Assembly (NCBI RefSeq): GCF_032062105.1
Contig: NW_026921564.1
Span: forward strand, 124,001 to 184,623
Source of the DNA: Saccostrea cucullata
Lineage: Eukaryota
Direction of reading: 5' to 3'
Length of the DNA stretch: 60,623 nt
Shown here: piece after piece, positions 12,946 through 26,559 of the stretch
Position numbering within the stretch: the first letter of the stretch is position 1
How the letters are laid out: every line of letters begins with the position of its first letter
Notes under the pieces: model-generated
What the model was told of the DNA's origin: nothing
The model's input: only the letters and a program-made list of their open reading frames with translations
Database searches by the model: none
Made by a program: the position numbers and the translations under genes

Positions 12946-15900
12946 AAACTGTGTTAAGTTTTTAGATATTTTAAAAAAGTAAACAAATAACTAATAAACA
13001 AATAACATTTTAAAAATGAACCAAAAATATGGCAAATCTACAAATGATTAAGGTCTATGCAAAATTGTGTTTGGCAATTCAATTTTGAAAAATAGAAAGA
13101 GAACATTTGAGAAAAACTAGTATGCATTTGTATTTAAGATGGAAAAAAAATTATTTTAATGTTTCCAATTTATCCTGGAAGAATCTCATTTGATCATCAT
13201 CATATGTATCATTTCTTTTTGCCGAAATATTTGTAAAACAAAAACTTGAAAAATGTTATCAGAATAATATCACTAATCAAGGTATTGAGCAAAAGTTGCA
13301 TAAAATGTATTGTTTAATAATGGCATACAGTAATTCCTACCAAAATGAAGCTTCTTTAATTGATTTTCATAGATATGTTATATTTACAACTACACCAATG
13401 CTTGTATCCTCATGTTAGATTTTAGATTTCACAATTTTTAACATTTGATAAAATTTGTGCAATGTTTTTCCACCTTGTTTTTATTAGGATTTGTTTTGAA
13501 GCATGGTCAGCATGCTGGTTGATGTAGATAACAATAGTATGTGTTTGTAATTCATGTTGATAGCTACTTGTACATGTGTGACACTTAAAATTCGTACACA
13601 TGATGTAAATACTCCCTCAACCTGTCATCCTAACATCTAATGTGTACAGAGGCAATATCACCAGATAGAGAGTGCAGTTTGTACCTTTAGCTATGAACAT
13701 GAATTATTCCACTAGAGATATCACCTTGAATGATTTTTCTTTTAACATGTTGAATTTTGAGATGGACATGTAATGGCTTTGAATTAGATGGTGCAGTATA
13801 AAGAAGTTAATGGCTCTTTGACAGTCGGAGAATGCATTTTTTTTAAGTCAACAATTTGCAAAGCAAAGTACACAATCTGTAAACGAGAGTAGATGTGAAG
13901 TGTGAAAGGATTAGATGCTTTATATTAAATAAATCATACCTGGGTGATAATTTACATATGATTTACATATTCGTTGCAAAAAAATTATTTTTCAATTATT
14001 TTTTCAGTGACCTCTTTATTTTTTCAATTACTTGATATAATCTTCATTATCAGTTGTACACAAATTTTTAATATTGTAATTTTCTAAGTTATCATTCCAT
14101 TTTTATTTTGAGGGTTGTGTATAAAAGTGTTGTGATAAGCATCTATTGGCTTACATAACCATTCCAGATTAGTTGTTTATTTTCATTTTCTACAATTGCA
14201 GAACTTAAATGCACTAATTATCAAGATTTGTTCAATGGCAGGTATTGATATTTTGTTAAACACGAATTCAAGGACTTGTACATTTAGTCAGATTTCTTAA
14301 TAAATTTTTAATTTTTGTTGCATTGTTTGTATATTTTCTAATTATGAAAACTTAATATGTCTTCAGTGGGAAATTACAGAGAATGGATGTGTCACTCAAA
14401 TATGCAAAATGTACCTGTCAAAATAGTGATAATTAAATTGTATTGGATATAGCATTCAACAGTCATAATGTGGGAGTACTGTTTAGATGTACTGGGTACA
14501 GTTAAGCAGGCTAATAATGAATTGCCAGGGAGAGGCGATTTTGCTTCATTATAAATGAAATTCATAACATCAGATAGCTTCTCTGGATGGTGAAAACTGG
14601 AATGAAAATCACTTTGCTATAAGCGTCAATTCATTATATGCATATTTAACTCGTACGCACTTATGGAAAGATAACTCCTGCCCAACACCCTGCAAGGGAT
14701 ACCAGATAGTCTCAATCTTGTAGTATGTTTGGCACATGTTCCAACACTTAGCATGGACCTACTACATGTACTCGTACCTCCTATCAAAATTAAAGGACTT
14801 GTTTAGGATCTCCCAGGATTTGTGTTTGGGTAAGATTTTTATCTAGTGAGTTGTGTGGTTTTTTTTTTTTAACTCAAAACCTGGGCAAGGGGATAAAAAA
14901 ATAAATGAGTTTGATAAAAATCATATCCAACTGAATACCAAGGGAGATTTTCTTAATCCCAAGTTTTATGCACCACAACTAATGTTGTACACTATTTTTA
15001 TATAGGAATCCACTTGATTTTAGTTCAATCATTTTGAGTCTTTCACACAAAACATTGTGACATCACAACTGTTGGATATAAAAAATATATCCAAAAAGTG
15101 ATATCCATCAGATAGAGGGATTAACATGGGATAAATATAAAATAGAATTTATTTCATTGGATATATTGGAAATTGTGTCAAAACAAATGCAAAATCAATT
15201 TAGTTCTGAGGTAGTATATTGACAAAATCCTCTAAGAATAGTGCAATCTGATTCAAGTCATATTTTTGTTAGACCCCGAAAAATTTTGATTGTTGCTGTA
15301 CAAACAACTGAAGAATCCATTTAGTTTTGATGTTTTTTTTATAATGAAAAATTAAATTCAGTGGTATATTAAATTTGCATGTGTGTTGGAAAGATAGTTT
15401 CCTTTGAATTTTGAGAAGGTAGATTGATGAGGGGTACAAAAAATTGGATTTCTATTTTTTTTTTTAAATTACAACATGAACAAAGAAAGATAACTTGAAA
15501 ATTCGAAAAGGAGTTGGCTAGCAGTAAATCATGAAAATGCGTTTACCGTTTATCCTTTTAGGAGTCGCAGCCTGTCTGTCCTTCATTTGTGTAGAAATGT
15601 CTTTAGAATGCTTTAATTCGACTTACAAAACTGGGAATGGTTGGTATAAAAAGTTTTTAACCCCTACCCCCCTTTTGCTCAGCCGGATTAGAGCAATGTT
15701 TAGAGATATGTCTTTGGTTGTGAGGCAATAAGTTAAGAAAGTTGTCTTAGGTTTTTTATTGTGTGAAACCTATTTAAAAAACTCGCATGCCAAGTTCATT
15801 GAGGAAAAAAACTACCATCTAGGTACTTTATAGGAACCGAGAGAAAGAATTTCAAAAGGCCATAATAATCTATGTAATGAATTTTTTCCCCTCTGAAATT

Positions 15901-16016
15901 ACGATTGAGATTTCGAAAAAAGAGGCCTAAGGGCTATGACTTTTGATATTCATAGAAAAAAACAAAGTGAAAACACGAAGTACTTGTAAATATTCGCTGT
16001 TTGTATTCTTGTATAT

Positions 16017-16319
16017 TTATACCCCCGCTTGAAAAGTTGGAGGGTATATAGAGATCGGGAGGTCCGTCTGTACGTTCGTCAGTCTGTCTGTATGTCCGTC
16101 TGTTATGTTTTGGAATACCCATGAGCATCTGTTATTCGCACAATATAATACTTTCACTAATTTCTTTTTTTTCATAATGCCATTGTGACATCCTATTTTA
16201 CTTTTTGATCAGATACATATTTGGCATCTCCCAAAGCAAAATATAGACTCCGCCATTATAATTATATGGGAAGCGGGGTTATTATTCAGTGAGCTGAAAT
16301 GCTCACAGTACCTCTAGTA
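16017..16319 (+). mobile_element. DINE-1-like non-autonomous Helentron (HINE), family 1
   Basis: 5' TTATACCCCCGC...GGGTATA inverted pair, GTCY microsatellite, 3' GCGGGGTTAT sub-TIR and GTGAGC..GCTCAC stem-loop, ending CTCTAGT. Confidence 0.75.
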
Positions 16320-17824
16320 TACATATATTTTATAATCGAGTCAGATGAACACAAGCTTGAAGTGGTATCAATGTAAAAAAAAACAATCAGACTCAGATTG
16401 TGGACTGCAAATTCATCCTGACAAGGAATTAGTCATGTGCACCATTGCAAGGGGGTAAAATTTATCAACACTTACAGTGGAAAAGGGATTTTGATTTAAA
16501 AAATTGATTACATAAGAGATTCAATCCATATTTGCATATATACCCAAGAAATGTATGTCACTTTTCGACCAACCCTTATTTCAATGTTTGGAACAGTAAC
16601 TATGCATAAAGAACTCCAGAATGCTGGCATTTGAAAATTATTTCACGATGTGTAGTTGACAGAACCAGCCTCTATGAATGCCATCTTCGCTAGCCAAGGG
16701 TTTCCAATCCTAGAGAAGATTTCGGATCGAAAATCCTTGGCTACCGAATATGATTTTATGTTCGTAATTACACGAACCAATAGGGGGTTACAAGTTGCTT
16801 CAGGAGGTTTTTTTTTTTAGAATACTTGTATTACTATGGTCACTACTTTAGTTAGAATTTTTCTCGCACTACTTCCCTGCATCTTTTTCCTTTTAATTTT
16901 TTTGAAACGAAAAGTACGCAAACTCACATTAAATCCTTATACAATGTACTTGAAAACATCTTTTATTTGAAGATATCACCGATTCATTGATAATTGAATT
17001 AAAACAATTGCTGATTTCATTAAATTATTTGCTGAATTCATGTTTGCATCTATGCAAAGAACGAGTAATGAATTTGCAAAACGATGCCTTTAATTAAGCA
17101 AGAATGTTGATATTCTTATTTCCTCAACTTGTTCGGCAATAGCTTGCCTCGTTTTAGAAATTGTTCATGCCATAGGAAAAATATGAAATTGAACTATAAA
17201 CTAATAAGTTTTAGCTCATATCTAATTTTATAATTATCTTATAACTTTACATACATGTATAAGTTATAACCATCATCGTTAAATCATATTGAAGACACAA
17301 TATACATACTGTATTTTTACAATTAAATGCGAGAGAGCTTACTGGTCTAAAATAATCTTCTAAATATATAAGTACATGTATGTATAATAAGTTTTTTGTA
17401 TAACTTTGGAACTCAAACATCTACATCATATACTGAATCAGTCCATTACATATACATGTATGTATCACAAGCATTAACAGTACTCTTGATCATAAGTAAA
17501 ATATAAGTAACTCTTGATCATAAGTAAAATATAAGTAATTTTGCATTAAAATACAAATCCAGTTACGTGACCTAAGAGAACTTCAACCGCGTGAGAATTA
17601 AGAGAAAAGAATTAATCCGACTCCATGAGTTCAAATGCAGGTTAAGATCTAAGCTTATTAACTATAACTATTAATTTATCGTTAAATCGATTATATCATG
17701 CACATGTATCATTTGAAGAACCACAATCAGCACTTATCCTTGTTACAATAACTGTATTTTTAAAAAATGCAGTAAATCTAATGAAGAAATAAAAGTTATC
17801 CGATTTATTAACATCATTTATTAA

Positions 17825-18814
17825 TTAAAACCTCTGAAGAGGCACAGAAGAATAACCAGGATATTCGTAAACCTTCGCTTGCGTCCAATTCTCGATCGGA
17901 ACAGAACGATAGCCGCCATCACATTCTATTTTATTTTTCCGATGCAGCAGTTTCTGAGTTCCTACAAGAAGAGCATGAAAAGATGTTCTAGTCTGCCTGG
18001 AAGACAAAGGAATGGTCGATTGATTACGTTTTTCGAAGAGAGTCGGTCTCGAGTTGACCCGTGGAATGTTGTTCGTATCAAGCCTTTTTATAGAATAATA
18101 ACTACTCCTAAGTTCACTGTTTGGGTCATAGTCCCCGCGACTATTAGGACGAAAACTAATGTTAAAAACGTCCGTATCTCTCTTTGGAGGAGGCTTTTTC
18201 CCCTTTTTATTAACCTTCCGGGTTTTGTCTGGCGGCGTTTTGCTGAAAAAAGTGATATCACATTCATTAGCCATAGTCCTACTAACTGCACTCAGTTGCC
18301 GAGAAGGAGGCGCGATATCCGGTAGCCTCCTGTAGGATTCGGTAGATCCTTCAACAACGTCAAAACTCACGTTTTTATCTTCCCGACCTTCCCCAATATC
18401 AGGAAAGACCGTCTTGGATTTTATGGAAGACGACGAAATCACTATCTCTCGATTATGTTCCTCGTCAACATCTTTGTCCACGTAATAATCCCAAGGTTTA
18501 TATTTTCTATCCTCATCCAATTTTTTCCTAGCGTTCTCAGATTTAAAGAATATATCTAGAGGATTTAACCGCCGATAAACCGTCCTGTTGATAGGAATTT
18601 TCTTGATGCGTTTCTTGGGCGGTGGTACATGGCACGGAGGTTGCGTTTTTGTGTTATTTGTCGTTTCTCTGGAAGGAAGAGTACAACGACTAGACTGGCT
18701 TGCCAACTGTTCTTGTAAAAAAGGCATCTCCACATTGAGGACTAGTTTTTGTCTCGCAGGTAGGTAGTCGTCAAATGTCGGACTAGCCGTGATGGTGGTA
18801 GACGTTACAGACAT
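17825..18814 (-). CDS. Uncharacterised 329-aa intronless protein, basic and Ser/Thr/Pro-rich, probably disordered
   Basis: 990-nt open frame with higher GC than its AT-rich flanks; GCCATG start context; basic cluster PPPKKRIKK. No recognisable domain. Confidence 0.7.
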   Translation of the reverse strand: MSVTSTTITASPTFDDYLPARQKLVLNVEMPFLQEQLASQSSRCTLPSRETTNNTKTQPPCHVPPPKKRIKKIPINRTVYRRLNPLDIFFKSENARKKLDEDRKYKPWDYYVDKDVDEEHNREIVISSSSIKSKTVFPDIGEGREDKNVSFDVVEGSTESYRRLPDIAPPSRQLSAVSRTMANECDITFFSKTPPDKTRKVNKKGKKPPPKRDTDVFNISFRPNSRGDYDPNSELRSSYYSIKRLDTNNIPRVNSRPTLFEKRNQSTIPLSSRQTRTSFHALLVGTQKLLHRKNKIECDGGYRSVPIENWTQAKVYEYPGYSSVPLQRF

Positions 18815-20217
18815 GGCTACAGGCGTACTGATACCTTCTTTATCACTTTGTTATTCAATAAAGATTAATTTTATCCCTCACCAATGCGTAAATTAAATTT
18901 TTCGCGGAGACGAAAAAATCAAACATGGTTTATTCTTAATAACTGCATAAAAGAATACTGACAACACAATAGGTAAATTACTTTGTGTGGTGCCACTGTA
19001 TATATCCTTTCATTATGTAAGCATGTGCCACATTATATACCGAGACATTCCTGATTCTATATAATGAAAATCCTTCATAGTTTTTCGAAAAAATTAATAA
19101 ACCATTCTTCATTGCACATTTCAACAGTCTGTCTGGGCTACAAAGGTTAAATCAAACACGCGAAAGTCCATTTGTCTAATCCACTTAATAACAACTGTAA
19201 ATACAATATATTGTGTTTTGTTAGACCGTGACGCGGAGAGACTTAAGTTTGTCTTTCATATCGTTAACCAGCTTACTTTTCCAACAGTGTGTCAAACCTA
19301 ATTAATAATTTCCTGATACGTACAGCACTGAACATTGCAGAGGCTTTGTTAGATTATCACTGTTATTTAAATTCAATTTAAAAAGTTGTTCGATTAAAAT
19401 TCCCTTTTAAAAGAAAATAAGATTTAGCAGCTTGCTGTTAATGGAACGAAAATCGGATAACTGAGCAATAAAAACGACCTAAAAGACAACCTATAGTGTC
19501 AATCATATTCATATTCAATATTATCATACCAGGTAAATGTAACATTGTGAAGTTTAAGAAAATATAATACTCTTCAATAATACATGAGATCAAAAATTGT
19601 ATGTATAACATACAAAGATATACGAAAAAGACATTACTAATATATGTGCAAACCATAATTTTAGCAGGGTTTAAATTTTCGTTGTTATCGTTTTGTAACC
19701 CATGAATTCATATATCCCCATAAAACCCCCACCCTGAATATGTTCCTGGATCCATACATGCCTCTTGCCATAAACCATTATCATCTGCATAAGTATGTAA
19801 TTGATTCGATGTGCAAGAAAAGAACATTATCTACGTTCAAATAGTTTGTAAAAAGAGTCGAGCCACTGACAAATAAGTTGATGAAACAAGGATAGATATG
19901 AACGTTTTAAGTCAACATTTTGCAAATTTTATGATGAAATACAATGATCTTGTCAGCAAATACAATTTATTAAGTGGAATGTTAACAGACGATTTTCATG
20001 AAAATTGTAATGTTAATTATCTTCATCGCGAAAAAGTATAAGAAGGACTGTATAACCAAATGCTATGGTTCCAGACAAGGCTTAGGATTATATAATAATA
20101 CATCCTCTATAGTAAGTTTCATTATAATAATAAAATGGTATTTCAGAAGAACTTGGCTTTATTTTTACAAATGGAAATTTTACTTACACTGACAGTTCCC
20201 TTTCTAAGAAGGATATT

Positions 20218-20850
20218 TATGGCACGCCAAATTCACAAAAATGAGATAAACCTAGTTTCACACTTGATAAACTAGGTTTATCGACTGTAAACTATAGTTT
20301 ACAAACCGTAAACTATAGTTAACGATTCGTTAAGTATAGTTAACGATTCGTTAAGTATAGTTTTCATCTGTAAAACTATATTTAACGGTTGTTAACTATA
20401 GTTTACGAATGATAATCTAAGTTTATCTGTCTGTAATAAGTGTTAACAATAGTTTTTGTTGATAAACATAGATTCACGTTTGTAAACTATAGTTTACAAT
20501 CCTAAACTATAGTTAAGAGTTGTTAATCATAGTTTCACAAATCGTGAAACTATATTTATCAGATCGTTAAGTATAGTTTACGGTTTGCAAACTATAGTTT
20601 ACAAATCGTGAAACTGTATTTATCAGATAATCTATGTTTTGCAATAGCAAATGATTGTTTTCAGTGTTAAGTATAGTTTACGGTTGTGAAACATAGATTA
20701 TCGCGTGAATTATGGTTTACGGATGTAAAATATAGATTAACGTTGTTAACTATAGTTTACAGTCCGTAAACTATAGTTTACAACCGATAAACCTAGTTTA
20801 TCGACTGTGAAACTATGTTTAGCTCATTTTTGTGAATTTGGCGTGCCATA
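20218..20850. mobile_element. Non-autonomous TIR element with TAYGG ends and 6-bp TSD (IS3EU-type)
   Basis: TATGGCACGCCAAATTCACAAAAATGAG ... CTCATTTTTGTGAATTTGGCGTGCCATA, with GATATT on both sides (20212-20217, 20851-20856). Interior is built of AAACTATAGTTT palindromic repeats. Confidence 0.8.
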
Positions 20851-21712
20851 GATATTCGTTAAAATTACTTTTCAATTTTCTTTAAGTCTTCAATACTTGT
20901 AACATTTCAGTCAATAAAGATGAGGTTGGTCTACCCGCCTGCCTATAAATGACTCCTAAAACGAATCCTTACAAAACAAATTTACATTTTAGAGTCCTAC
21001 AAATGTTCCTCCAAGCCACTGGCTATCTTTACTTGTCACTAAAATATTACGTGAACAACTGTCTTCACAAAATGTCTGTAATAAGTGTTAACAATAGTTT
21101 TTGTTGATAAACATAGATTCACGTTTGTAAACTATAGTTTACAATCCTAAACTATAGTTAAGAGTTGTTAATCATAGTTTCACAAATCGTGAAACTATAT
21201 TTATCAGATCGTTAAGTATAGTTTACGGTTTGCAAACTATAGTTTACAAATCGTGAAACTGTATTTATCAGATAATCTATGTTTTGCAATAGCAAATGAT
21301 TGTTTTCAGTGTTAAGTATAGTTTACGGTTGTGAAACATAGATTATCGCGTGAATTATGGTTTACGGATGTAAAATATAGATTAACGTTGTTAACTATAG
21401 TTTACAGTCCGTAAACTATAGTTTACAACCGATAAACCTAGTTTATCGACTGTGAAACAATGTTTAGCTCATTTTTGTGAATTTGGCGTGCCATAGATAT
21501 TCGTTAAAATTACTTTTCAATTTTCTTTAAGTCTTCAATACTTGTAACATTTCAGTCAATAAAGATGAGGTTGGTCTATCCGCCTGCCTATAAATGATTC
21601 CTTAAATTAATCCTTACAAAACAACTTTACATTTTAGAGTGACTGTCCTACAAGTGTTCTTCCAAGCCACTGGCTATCTTTACTTGTCACTAAAATATTA
21701 CGTGAACAACTG
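20428..21712 (+). repeat. Tandem duplication of about 635-640 bp
   Basis: 20428-21061 is repeated nearly identically at 21073-21712, with an 11-nt filler between the copies. Confidence 0.9.
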
Positions 21713-21870
21713 CTGTAAGGGAGAAATTTCGAGCGTTCTGTACTACGAAATATTATTCCAGAAGCAGTGTAAACCAAATGTGGATTCTCTAACAAAGAAA
21801 TTTAAGAAACTTTAAAATTTTAATTTTTCCAAAAGCTATTAAAATCAGAACAAATCGAAATAACAGCATT

Positions 21871-22050
21871 GCAGAATCTGCCACATCTGTTTCATATTTG
21901 GATGTTTCTCTCACTATAGACGGTAAGGGCCAACTAACAAGTAAACTGAAAGGCAAACAAGATTACTTCAGATTTGATTTACATGTATTTTAATCCAAGA
22001 CGGTCTACCGACAAATAATTTGATTCCACAGGGGTTTCAAACTTGTTTAA
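21871..22050 (+). mobile_element. Penelope-like retroelement RT relic
   Basis: Translates AESATSVSYLDVSLTIDGKGQLTSKLKGKQDYFRF, matching the S-YLD...G-L-TKLYDKRDDFNF motif of PLE reverse transcriptase C-termini. Confidence 0.6.
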
Positions 22051-23601
22051 GTTGAAATATCATATCCTCTAAATTTCACATTTTCATTTTTTTAATATAT
22101 CCAACATTGATTTTTATTAACAAAAATAGGATCGGATTCAAATGGAGAATAGTTTGAAGCATGAAGCGTTGCTAACTTTTTTAGAAATGAATACGGTATT
22201 ATGTCTATCTTAATAATATGAAAAACGAGACTGTGAATAGACTGATCAATAGTTTCTTATCATTGCATAAAATTGAAAAAAAAATGAGGTAAAGAAACTG
22301 AAACTTTTTTGAAACTTTTATTTCACTCAAGGCCTCACATGAGGCACAAATGTACAAATATTAATTTTAACATAATACAATTTATAAGCATCTAAACTAG
22401 TCAACAAGAATAGGAACAAACATACGCTGTGTATACAAGATTTAAAAATGTTGGAAGGTAATATTGTAAATGTTGCATTATTGCTTAAAAACTGACATGA
22501 CAATTTACAGTATTTCGAGTCAGAATATATTTATCATGGCTATTCATGAGATCAGAAAAACTAATAATATTTTAGTTTTAGCATAAATCGTGGGGTAAAA
22601 ATTTATACCTTCCTTAAAGTAGTCACAACTGAAAAAATAATTGAGCTCATCACCCACATTCTCATAAATCGGTATACGAGTCCATTTGATTTATCTTGAG
22701 TTATCGTTCTTGAAATTCAGTGACCAGGAATCCGTCAGTGGCTTCAACGCCGTGCAAAACAAAAATCAAGGTACTTGGGAGATATTCTGAATGGTAAGAA
22801 GTCTGTATTAATGAAATGTGTCTAAGAAATCGAACGACATAGTGTTTTTTTTTACGTTGCTTTAGCACTGTTTAATATGTTATTTGTATGTACTGTTGAA
22901 GTAAACAAAAGCCCATGACCCTGATATATAATTATAAGTTACGGTACACGGGCACATTAATAAATACATGTCGATATAAATTGAGAACTATGCCGGTTTG
23001 ACTAATACAGAAAATTATACTAGTAAACGAATAAAAATGTTATTTTATTTTACGAGGAAACGTCGTTCAGAAATAATTTGTTAGTTGCGCAATCGCAGGA
23101 AATAGTACTTAATTATCACTCGTTTTTCCACATGCTAGAGAAAACTAGAGGTACTGTACATGTGCAGTGAGCTCACAAAATATTATGATGATAATGGCAA
23201 AGTCCATGTTTTGCTTAGGTGCACAATGTCGACTTGTAGGAGTATATAATATCACTGGTACCTGAAAATAATCATACATGTGTAATAAGAAACTTAATCC
23301 TGGATACTTTAAAAATAGATGTGGTAAAAATATTGCCTATTGCCCCTATAAATTAACTGATGTTAAAAAGTTAAACAGTAAATATTCATTTAACATTTGA
23401 GGTTAATTCTTTCCAAAAGGCACTCTTATGTACTAATGCTGTAACACACCTAACGTAATAGGGAACGCCAATCCGAAATATATATGGAGCGGAAGAAATT
23501 TTAGCTGAGGGTGGCGCGCTTTTATTGAATACATGTATAATACAATTTTAATGTCTCATTTTTAGATGTGAGTAAAGATTGAAGCAAACAGGAGAGCGAC
23601 A

Positions 23602-25248
23602 ATGGCCGACACAACAAGTATGGCGCAAGACATCATTTTGTGTAACCTGTGTGACAAGAGAGCCGCCCTACTTCATTGCAATCCCTGCCAGGACAACCTC
23701 TGTGAAGAATGCGTTGGGAAGCATTATATGACCTCATCTTCCTTCGCACATGAAATCGTCAAATACAAGGACAGGAAATTTCAGCTGAAATTTTCAAATT
23801 GCAGTGCTCACGAAACTGAGAAATGCACTGTCATTTGTCAAAACTGCGATCTACCAGTTTGCATAAAATGTTTAACAGGGGTCCATAAAGGACACAATGC
23901 TGTTGATTTTTGCGAAATCATTGATGCAGTAAAGAACAAAATAAAAGAAAACACTGTTAGTCTGGAAGCGATCCTTCCTCAATTTGAACAAGCAGACAGA
24001 CAGATCGAGTCCAAGACAGCGGATCTAATTTCAAGATGCAATGAAATGCAAAATTTAGCCATAGAGCGTGGAAAAGAATGGCGTCAAGCTATTGATGATC
24101 TCGTCGAGAAAAACAAAGTCGCTATTGATAAAATGAAGGAAGATGGAATCAAAGATTTAAGAGAGAGTCAAGCAGAAATTAAGGATACAATCCAAGTCTT
24201 AATGCAAGACATTGTAAAGAACAAGAAAATCATTCTATCTGTTGAAGCAAATGAAATTAAACAATACAAATTGACGTCCCAGAAATTATACCATAGTATT
24301 CCGTTAGAATTTGATTTAATGCTTCCAACATTTCTTCCCTATCAGATAAATTCTGATCAACTGCAACAAGATTTCGGAGTACTGCATGCTCATGTGCTTA
24401 TGCGACATCTCAAAACAAGAACAAACTCGGTCTCAAAACCTCGGAATCTGCTAGACAAAGTTATAGAAATCAAAACATTTGTGGTTGAGAACAACTTGAG
24501 GCAGATAGCTTGTCTAGGAACGGAGGAGGCATGGATAACGTATAAAGAAAAGCCAATCATCCAACGAATGAACACAAGGGGCTCTATTCTGGAGACTGTT
24601 ATATCTAGTTGTGTAGATTGGAATGGTCATCCGAGTGACATTTTGATTAAAAACGGAGAACTATTATATACCGATAGAATGAAAAGATCTGTTAATATTG
24701 TCAGAGATGGCAAATCTACCACCTTCATCACGGTGCAAAAAGGATGGGAGCCGCTAGGACTCAGCGGTACAAAAGCAGGCGACTTGTTGGTCTCTGTGGG
24801 TACTTCTAACATGGGAAGTTATAAGATTGTGCGCTACGAAGGACAACAGATCAAGCAGGAGGTAGATAAAGACGATCGTGGGAATTCTTTATTTAAGGAG
24901 GGGGACAGAATGTTCTACGTGGCAGAGAACATCAATGGGGATATATGTGCTTGTGACGTCAACGCCAGGGCAATTGTTGTGATATGCAAAACCGGGAAAC
25001 TACGATTCCGATATAAAGGAATGCAAACGATGGAGGGCAACTTTATCCCATGTACCATCATTACGGACGCCGTGGGAAACATCCTGGTGGGTGATAACGG
25101 GAATAAATGTATCCACATCATTGATAAGGACGGACAGTTTCTCCGGAGTCTGAAGGACTATGATAGATTAAGTGTAGACGATCTGGGTCGACTCTGGGTG
25201 GGGGAATCCGGAGGAAACGAGGTGAAAGTCTTCAAATACATCGAGTAG
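23602..25248 (+). CDS. RING-less TRIM-like protein, type A (B-box1, B-box2, coiled coil, NHL-like propeller), 548 aa
   Basis: CxxC..CxxC..CxxC..H..H then CxxH..CxxC..CxxC..HxxH, a helical charged region, and propeller repeats (TDAVGNILVGD, IIDKDGQFLR, DDLGRLWVG). Splice acceptor at 23565, just upstream of the ATG. Confidence 0.92.
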   Translation: MADTTSMAQDIILCNLCDKRAALLHCNPCQDNLCEECVGKHYMTSSSFAHEIVKYKDRKFQLKFSNCSAHETEKCTVICQNCDLPVCIKCLTGVHKGHNAVDFCEIIDAVKNKIKENTVSLEAILPQFEQADRQIESKTADLISRCNEMQNLAIERGKEWRQAIDDLVEKNKVAIDKMKEDGIKDLRESQAEIKDTIQVLMQDIVKNKKIILSVEANEIKQYKLTSQKLYHSIPLEFDLMLPTFLPYQINSDQLQQDFGVLHAHVLMRHLKTRTNSVSKPRNLLDKVIEIKTFVVENNLRQIACLGTEEAWITYKEKPIIQRMNTRGSILETVISSCVDWNGHPSDILIKNGELLYTDRMKRSVNIVRDGKSTTFITVQKGWEPLGLSGTKAGDLLVSVGTSNMGSYKIVRYEGQQIKQEVDKDDRGNSLFKEGDRMFYVAENINGDICACDVNARAIVVICKTGKLRFRYKGMQTMEGNFIPCTIITDAVGNILVGDNGNKCIHIIDKDGQFLRSLKDYDRLSVDDLGRLWVGESGGNEVKVFKYIE

Positions 25249-25516
25249 TGAACAACTTTTGTTACATGTGTTAGAACTACACTCTCAACAGCAAAGAACT
25301 AGTCCCTCTATGCTGTAATGTATATTTTGAACACAGTTAAATGTCAAAATAGCCGATGAGATATGAATGTAATGGAGTTTTACGATATAGTGTGCAAGTA
25401 AAGATGTTTGAAAGGGAATTATATAAATGAAATGTTTTGCTATTATTACTAGATAATGATTTCCCAACCAATCAATCACCCCCTGCACATCCACCCCCCC
25501 CCCTCTCTAAAGAGAG

Positions 25517-25679
25517 AACTCTCATTAAATTTCATTTAGTGGTATAAGAGGAGTTGCGGATAAGAGATGAATACCCCAAAGCGTAACAGACTGACGGACG
25601 GACTTACAGACGGAAGGATAGACACCCCGATTACTATATACCCTCCCACTTTTCAAGCGGGAGGAGGGGGACACTATAA
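25517..25679 (-). mobile_element. HINE family 1, internally deleted copy
   Basis: GACGGACGGAC microsatellite and TATATACCCTCCCACTTTTCAAGCGGG end, reverse of 16017-16319. The longer paralogous copy is at 38082-38605. Confidence 0.6.
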
Positions 25680-26559
25680 GAGGGCTTTGGGAAAAACATT
25701 TTGTTTAGTCGTTTTTCAGCCACCATTTGGCAGCCCTGTGGGTAGCTACAGAACTGCTGTAGAGTTATGCATTTATAAATTAATCTTCGACAAGTTATAG
25801 TCAAACACTAATATACGACCATAACGCTACAGTTCTGCAGCTAGTTGTGGGAGAGGAGGGATTAAACCCCATTCTCTTTTTTGCCAAAAAACTCAAACAA
25901 ACAAACAAAACACACACACATTTGGCCCAGTTTGGAACAAGTTCCTTAATTTGGCTATCCCCCATCCTCATTCCTATTCAGATTATGGGTCTGATAATAA
26001 AATTCATGGCTCCTCCTCTTTCTGGAGTCTTAATGGTGCGTTTTCTTCCGGGTGTTTTGATTCAAATGTTTTATATGTATTAAAATATTGTATTTGAATT
26101 CTTTGTACATAAACCTCTGTTTTTAATTTCACTATTTTTTGATTTAAATTCCCATTGTTGGAAGGTTGTTACATGATTCTCAGGTGACCTATAAGACCCG
26201 TGGACTATATACATAAACCTCTGTTTTAATTTTCACTATTTTAAAATCCCAGACGGAACACCATAATATCTCTAATACAAGTGACATATTTACCTTTTTA
26301 CTTGACTAAATCGAAAGTTGATGGAATTAGTATTCCCTAGGTCTATATAGAAGCTTTAATTCAGTAAGTAACAGCCAATATAATAATGCCAATTTGATGT
26401 GCTCATCACAAGAAACACCAACAGGCATATTTTATACTGACTGGTATTTTAAATACTAGTAATGTGTATCTCATACGTTGTACATATGTACAACAAGCTC
26501 AAAGTCCATTTATACAATACTATCAAGAGAAGAACATTTGAGGCGGGCCTTTACAGAAA

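Noticed and set aside
17482-17537. 28-bp direct duplication
   Set aside because: Simple slippage duplication with no evident function.
17879-18325. 148-aa ORF on + strand
   Set aside because: Antisense shadow of the 329-aa ORF, with a non-ATG start.
20218-21495. CRISPR-like spaced palindromes (AAACTATAGTTT)
   Set aside because: Irregular spacing, no unique spacers, enclosed by TIRs with a TSD, eukaryotic DNA and no cas genes.
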